Positions 59,089 through 64,000 of a DNA stretch of 64,000 bases are shown piece after piece. The first letter of the stretch is position 1. Every line of letters begins with the position of its first letter. The notes below the pieces were generated by a model. That model was not told the DNA's origin, did not search any database, and worked only from the letters and a program-made list of their open reading frames with translations. Where the stretch lies: contig NW_027362761.1 in assembly GCF_046119375.1 (NCBI RefSeq), forward strand, positions 513,422,001 through 513,486,000, written 5' to 3'. Source of the stretch: Phyllobates terribilis (taxonomy: Eukaryota). A program made the position numbers and the translations under genes.

Positions 59089-59613
59089 AAAACCTACAAG
59101 AAGCAAAATGAAAATAAACCCTACTGTAAGTAAATAAAAAGCAAGTGCATTTAAATAAAATAGGGTTCTTAGTAACACTGTTTTTAATCAAAAATAGTAT
59201 GAAAGCTATCCCACCAGCAACAAGGTGAACCCGTTCGGGATAAAATCTACTCTGTCTAATATTAAAAACCTTACCATGTGTCAAAGTTGACCTCTGTGTG
59301 AATAAGGGCAGACTGAGGTTCTGGTCCCAAACTGAGAACACCAGCTAAGGGAAGCTTTTAAATGTGTTATCCAGCTCTAGGAACCACAGTATGCCCTTAT
59401 TCGCACAGAGGTCAACTTTGACACATGGTAAGGTTTTTAATATTAGACAGAGTAAGTTCTATCCCGAACGGGTTCACCTTCTCACTGGTGGGATAGCGTT
59501 CATACTATTTTTGATCGAAAACAGTGTTTCTAAGAACCCTATTTTATTTAAATACACTTGCTTTTTATTGATTTACAGCAGAGTTTATTTTCATTTTGCT
59601 TCTTGTAGGTTTT
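59089..59613. repeat. Long inverted repeat (foldback/MITE-like), ~222-bp arms
   Basis: 59089-59310 is the reverse complement of 59392-59613 with scattered mismatches; mirrored ORFs 59015..59341 (-) and 59364..59618 (+). Confidence 0.88.
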
Positions 59614-60399
59614 TCTGATTCATGGCCATTGTGAAACATGCACTTATGTGCTGCATGTATACTATTTTAAACCAAGCTCAAATTTATTATTTTTTTTAAA
59701 TAGTATACAGTGTATAGTGTCAGTGACATGTCTAGTTAAAGTTCTTCATCTTTGATTTTCCTCGTCCAGCGGAGACCACCATCACTTCTTCCAGCCATGA
59801 GTCTTCTCTGCAGAAAATAACACAGTTATCTAGAGCACCGCTTCTAGAGCACATTCCCTAATTTTTCCCCAAATTCTATACTACACCAGTTCAAGAAAAA
59901 AGAGACATTGTGCCACCCTGCACAGTAACAGCACCTACCCCCTTTGAAAAAAAATATCATCCTCTAAAATAAAATACATCACAGCAGTAGTATTATCTCT
60001 AAATTAGACCCTGTAGTAATAATGTCCCACATTCTGGCCCCTTCTGGTAATAATGTCCCACATCCTGACCCCCACGTGTGCGGCTTTTCAGTGCAAGCAA
60101 ATTAAAAAAAAAATGTCTTCTTACCTGGCCGCAGTCCAGTGACATCTTCTTCCTTATTGATATGCGTCAGTTGCCAGCCTCTGATTGGCTGGCGGCTGTT
60201 AACCATTGCGGTGCATTAAGCCCTGCCCCTAGGACCCGGTGAGCTGAAGCAAGAGAGGGGTGGGCCTGGACTGGATGAGACACGTGCCCAGCGTGTCTCA
60301 CCTGATTTGGGCCCCCCCCCTTGCTTCTGTTCACTAGGCCCCATACACCAGTAAGGGTAGTAATGCCCTCAATGCGGCCCTGCCCACTTCCACTAATCC

Positions 60400-60860
60400 C
60401 CGGCCTATATAATCAACTAACTGGTGCTAAATGTTTTTGTAAACTAGATCTTCGAGGGTCTTCTAATTTGATATGTATCTGGAAGGGTGATGAATGGAAA
60501 ACAGCGTTTTTAACATCTGAGGGTCTATTTGGAAATCTTGTCATGCCTTTTGGGTTAACCAATGCCCCAGCAGTTTTTCAAAACTTTATGAAAGATATAT
60601 TTTCTGATTGTATTGGAAGGTTTGTTGTGGTACACCTGGAAGTCATTCTCATTTTTTCCCGAGATCTGGATTCGCACTATGAACATGTCCATTTTGTTTT
60701 ACAAAAACTTAGGGAAAATTCTTTGTTTGCTTTGCTAAATTGGAGAAATGTACTTTTTATGTTCAAGAAATATCGTTTCTGGGGTTCATTGTATCAGTTG
60801 AATGCTTTAAGATGGATCCTGGGAAGGTGCAGGCCATAATTGATTGAGTTCAACTTCAAG
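60400..60860 (+). mobile_element. Chromoviral Gypsy RT fragment, decayed
   Basis: PLIPGLYNQL...KLDLRG...GDEWKTAF...VMPFGLTNAPAVFQ; the YLDD position reads HLEV. Confidence 0.85.
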
Positions 60861-61364
60861 ACCTTAAAGCAAGGGTGGGGAACCTTTTTTCTGCCAAGGG
60901 CCATTTGGAAATTTTTACCATCATTTGGGGTCCGCACAAAATTATCAACTCGAAAATTACCCTACTATATTTGGCCAAACAATTAATTAACTCACCCCTA
61001 ATGTGACATCTGCAGCTGCTTCTCTTTGGTGCGATTTTGATGTTTGGTGATATTGAGAATGTTACTTCTCACAACTGCTTTTCCAGGACTGGGGCGCAGT
61101 CAACTCTTTCTGATAACAAGTTTTGTAAAGCATATACAGTTATATTAAAAAGTTTGGGCACCCCTATTAATCTTAAGCTTATTGTTTTATAAAAATTGGT
61201 GTTTTTGCAACAGCTTTTTCAGTATGATATATGTAATAACTGTTGGACACAGTAATGTTTCTGCCTTGAAATGACGTTTATTGTACTAACAGAAAATGTG
61301 CAATCTGCATTCAAACAAAATTTGACAGGTGCATAAGTATGGGCACCTCACCAGAAAAGTGACA

Positions 61365-62432
61365 TTAATATTTAGTAGATCCTCCTTTTGCAAAAATAAC
61401 AGCCTCTAGTCGCTCCCTGTAGCTTTTAATGAGTTCCTGGATCATGGATGAAGGTATTTTTGACCATTCCTCTTTACAAAACAATTCCAGTTCAGTTAAG
61501 TTTGATGGTTGCCGAGCATGGACAGCCCTCTTCAAATGATCCCACAGATGTTCAATGATATTCAGGTCTGGGGACTGGGATAGCCATTCCAGAACATTGT
61601 AATTGTTCCTCTGCATGAATGCCTGAGTAGATTTGGAGCGGTGTTTTGGATCATTGCCTTGCTGAAAGATCCATCCCCTGCGTAACTTCAACTTTATCAC
61701 TGATTCTTGAACATTATTGTCAAGAATCTGCTGATACTGAGTGGAATCCATGCATCCCTCAACTTTAACAAGATTCCCGGTGCCGGCATTGGCCACACAG
61801 CCCCAAAGCATGATGGAACCTCCACCAAATTTTACTGTGGGTAGCAAGTGTTTTTCTTGGAATGCTGTGTTTTTTTGCCGCCATGCATAATGACTTTTTG
61901 TATGACCAAACAACTCAATCTTGGTTTCATCAGTCCACAGGACCTTCTTCCAGAAAGAGATTGGCTTCTCCAAATGTGCTTTTGCATACCTCAGCCGACT
62001 CTGTTTGTGGCGTGCTTGCAGAAACGGCTTCTTTCGCATCACTCTCCCATACAGCTTCTCCTTGTGCAAAGTGCGTTGTATAGTTGACCGATGCACAGTG
62101 ACACCATCTGAAGAAAGTTGATGCTGCAGCTCTCTGGAGGTGGTCTGAGGATTGTCCTTGACTGATCTCACCATTCTTCTTCTCTGCCTTTCTGATGTTT
62201 TTCTTGGCCTGCCACTTCTGGCCTTAACAAGAACTGTCCCTGTGTTCTTCCATTTCCTTACTATGTTCCTCACAGTGGAAACTGACAGGTTAAATCTCTG
62301 AGACAGCTTTTTGTATCCTTGCCCTGAACAACTATGTTGAATAATCTTTGTTTTCAGATCATTTGACAGTTGTTTTGAGGAGCCCATGATGCCACTCTTC
62401 AGAGGAGATTCAAACAGGAGAACAACTTGCAA
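61365..62432 (-). CDS. Tc1 transposase, uninterrupted ORF, second catalytic Asp changed to Gly
   Basis: Paired-like HTH N-terminus, WTDETK, FQQGNDPKH (normally QQDNDPKH), SPDLNIIEHLW. Confidence 0.9.
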   Translation of the reverse strand: MQVVLLFESPLKSGIMGSSKQLSNDLKTKIIQHSCSGQGYKKLSQRFNLSVSTVRNIVRKWKNTGTVLVKARSGRPRKTSERQRRRMVRSVKDNPQTTSRELQHQLSSDGVTVHRSTIQRTLHKEKLYGRVMRKKPFLQARHKQSRLRYAKAHLEKPISFWKKVLWTDETKIELFGHTKSHYAWRQKNTAFQEKHLLPTVKFGGGSIMLWGCVANAGTGNLVKVEGCMDSTQYQQILDNNVQESVIKLKLRRGWIFQQGNDPKHRSKSTQAFMQRNNYNVLEWLSQSPDLNIIEHLWDHLKRAVHARQPSNLTELELFCKEEWSKIPSSMIQELIKSYRERLEAVIFAKGGSTKY

Positions 62433-62696
62433 GTGGCCACTTTAAGTAGCTTTTCTCATGATTGCATACATCTGGCTCTGAAGTTCAAAGCTCAATGAGG
62501 TTACAAAACCAAAAAAGTGCTTTAGTAAGTCAGTAAAAAGTAGGTAGGAGTATTTAAATCAAGAAAATGATAAGCGTGCCCATACTTATGCACCTGTCAA
62601 ATTTTGTTTGAATGCAGATTGCACATTTTCTGTTAGTACAATAAACCTCATTTCAAGGCAGAAACATTACTGTGTCCAACAGTTATTACATATAAC

Positions 62697-63333
62697 TGTC
62701 ACGGGTGTGTCGCCACGAAGATCGTCGCGACTACACAGCCTGACTTCTCGCAGCTGAGTTTTTGGTGCTTTGTGTTTTTTGGTAGTGAGGGAGTTAATTC
62801 TCTCTCTCTGTGCTTGACGAGGCTCAGCCTCGCCCAGCTGCAGTTAATGCTGCAGTATTGGGATTCCTTCAAATACCTGCTGGTCTGATAGGGAAGTTGT
62901 CGGTGAAAGCACTTCTTGCAGACCTTCAGAGCGGATCGTTGTTTGGTGGAGTTCGGAGCCAAGAGTATGCGGTGTGGATTCTTCTTCTTCTTCCCTTCCT
63001 CCCTTTATCATTTATCTCCTAACCTGTTGTTGTTCCCTCTGTAATTGTGGTGTGTGTTTTTGTATGCAAGGTGGTTTTTGGTTTTCCCCTTGTACTGTCT
63101 CGTTAGTCTAGTACTGTGTTTTGGGCTTTTTCTATCCTGTCCCCCATTGTTGTGATCGGGGTCCTTCTCAGGACTAGATTACTGAGGTTCAGGGATATTC
63201 AGGAGTTTAGGGTTGCGCTGGCGGCCTGGACCTCTGTACCATTAACAGTACCTCCAGGTTGAGGGATTAGTGAGGGCCCCCGTTTAGGGTCAGCCTAGGC
63301 CCCTGACCTCCTGTACGTTGAGACAGCGTGACA
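62697..63333. mobile_element. Solo LTR, duplicate of 7791-8427
   Basis: Same termini and ATAAC/ATATC flanks. Confidence 0.85.
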
Positions 63334-63492
63334 ATATCAAACTGAAATAGCTGTTGCAAATATACCAATTTTTATAAAACATTAAGCTTAAGATTAATAG
63401 GGGGTGCCCAAACTTTTTCATATAACTGTACATCACATAGGAGATGCTGGGACTGCTGCATATACATCACAGGAGACGCTGGGGGTTATATA

Positions 63493-64000
63493 TGACTCGC
63501 CCCCTGGGCCGTGGGGCACTCGGATCCGGGCAATAAGGGAACGATGGGGGTTGTAGTGGCAACCCGGTTCCGTGGCTCAGGGTGGTCAGGCCAGTGGTAG
63601 TCTGCTATGTGCTGTTGATAATGTCCAACTACGCCACTCGTGGATTTGCGGTCATTAGGAACCGCCGCTGCTGGGCAGACCGCTGGGGCTGATGGTGTAT
63701 GCAGCTGAGGTGGTGTGACTCCCCATGGGAAGAGTGCATCCCCAGGGCAGTGTAGTGGATGGTGGGAGTGATGGTGGTGAGAGTCCCAGTGCTGATAGTG
63801 CTGGAGGAGCAAGGAGCACACAGACAACAGATTGCAGTCCAGGGTCTTTACTAGAGCAGGTAAACTGACCCACAAACAGTCCCGGCTAGGAGGGGACCTG
63901 GATGTCTGAGAGCAATTGGGAAATTGGCCCTGGTCAGGGTGAGGGTGTAGGTCTACCGTGCTCTCTGCGCTCCTTCTGGCTATCTCCTCCTTTATTGTAA
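63493..64000 (-). repeat. Gypsy LTR, duplicate of the start of 8587-9622, cut by the window end
   Basis: Same left junction (GGGGGTTATATA-TGACTC) as copy 1. Confidence 0.93.

Larger units (their letters stand above)
61137..63428 (-). mobile_element. Tc1 family C, full length, with a solo LTR (62697-63333) in one TIR
   Basis: TA-flanked TIRs CAGTTATAT(T/G)AAAAAGTTTGGGCACCCC with internal direct repeats. Confidence 0.95.
50458..64000 (+). repeat. Segmental/tandem duplication, copy 2 (runs off the window end)
   Basis: Same order of MITE, Gypsy remnant, Penelope, Tc1s, solo LTR and LTR start as 1-9090, plus 4,452 bp (56773-61224) absent from copy 1. Confidence 0.97.

Noticed and set aside
63990-64000. 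End of the duplication at the last bases
   Set aside because: The final ~8 nt differ from copy 1, but this is too short to tell a breakpoint from a small indel.

Overview
Eukaryotic (vertebrate) genomic DNA, most likely anuran, inferred from the TE families seen. It is dominated by nested transposable elements. (1) Bases 1-~9090 recur at ~99% identity at 50458-64000, a tandem or segmental duplication with a ~50.5 kb period; copy 1 lacks 4,452 bp present in copy 2. (2) A minus-strand Gypsy LTR retrotransposon (8587-27715) is split in its integrase C-terminus by an 11.1 kb hAT transposon (10066-21189, 8-bp TSD CTCCTTAA). The hAT has an intact 1226-aa transposase, a 110-bp tandem array and decayed cargo: an 18S rRNA fragment, an L1 RT fragment with a solo LTR, and older hAT pieces with a Tc1. 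(3) A chromoviral Gypsy (34553-39535) sits inside a head-to-head LTR foldback. (4) Other elements are several Tc1/mariner copies, Penelope-like fragments with a hammerhead ribozyme motif, V-SINE-like elements and hAT MITEs. (5) One spliced host gene is present: a GCNA/ACRC-like SprT metalloprotease (44375-49657) with an intact HEMCH site but a premature stop and frameshift before its Cys-rich domain. The most unusual signal is a 12-13 nt copy of the tRNA primer-binding site inside the LTRs. It lies ~145-160 nt from the LTR end and co-varies with the tRNA-Ser isoform that each LTR family uses as primer. All alignments and identities were estimated by eye.
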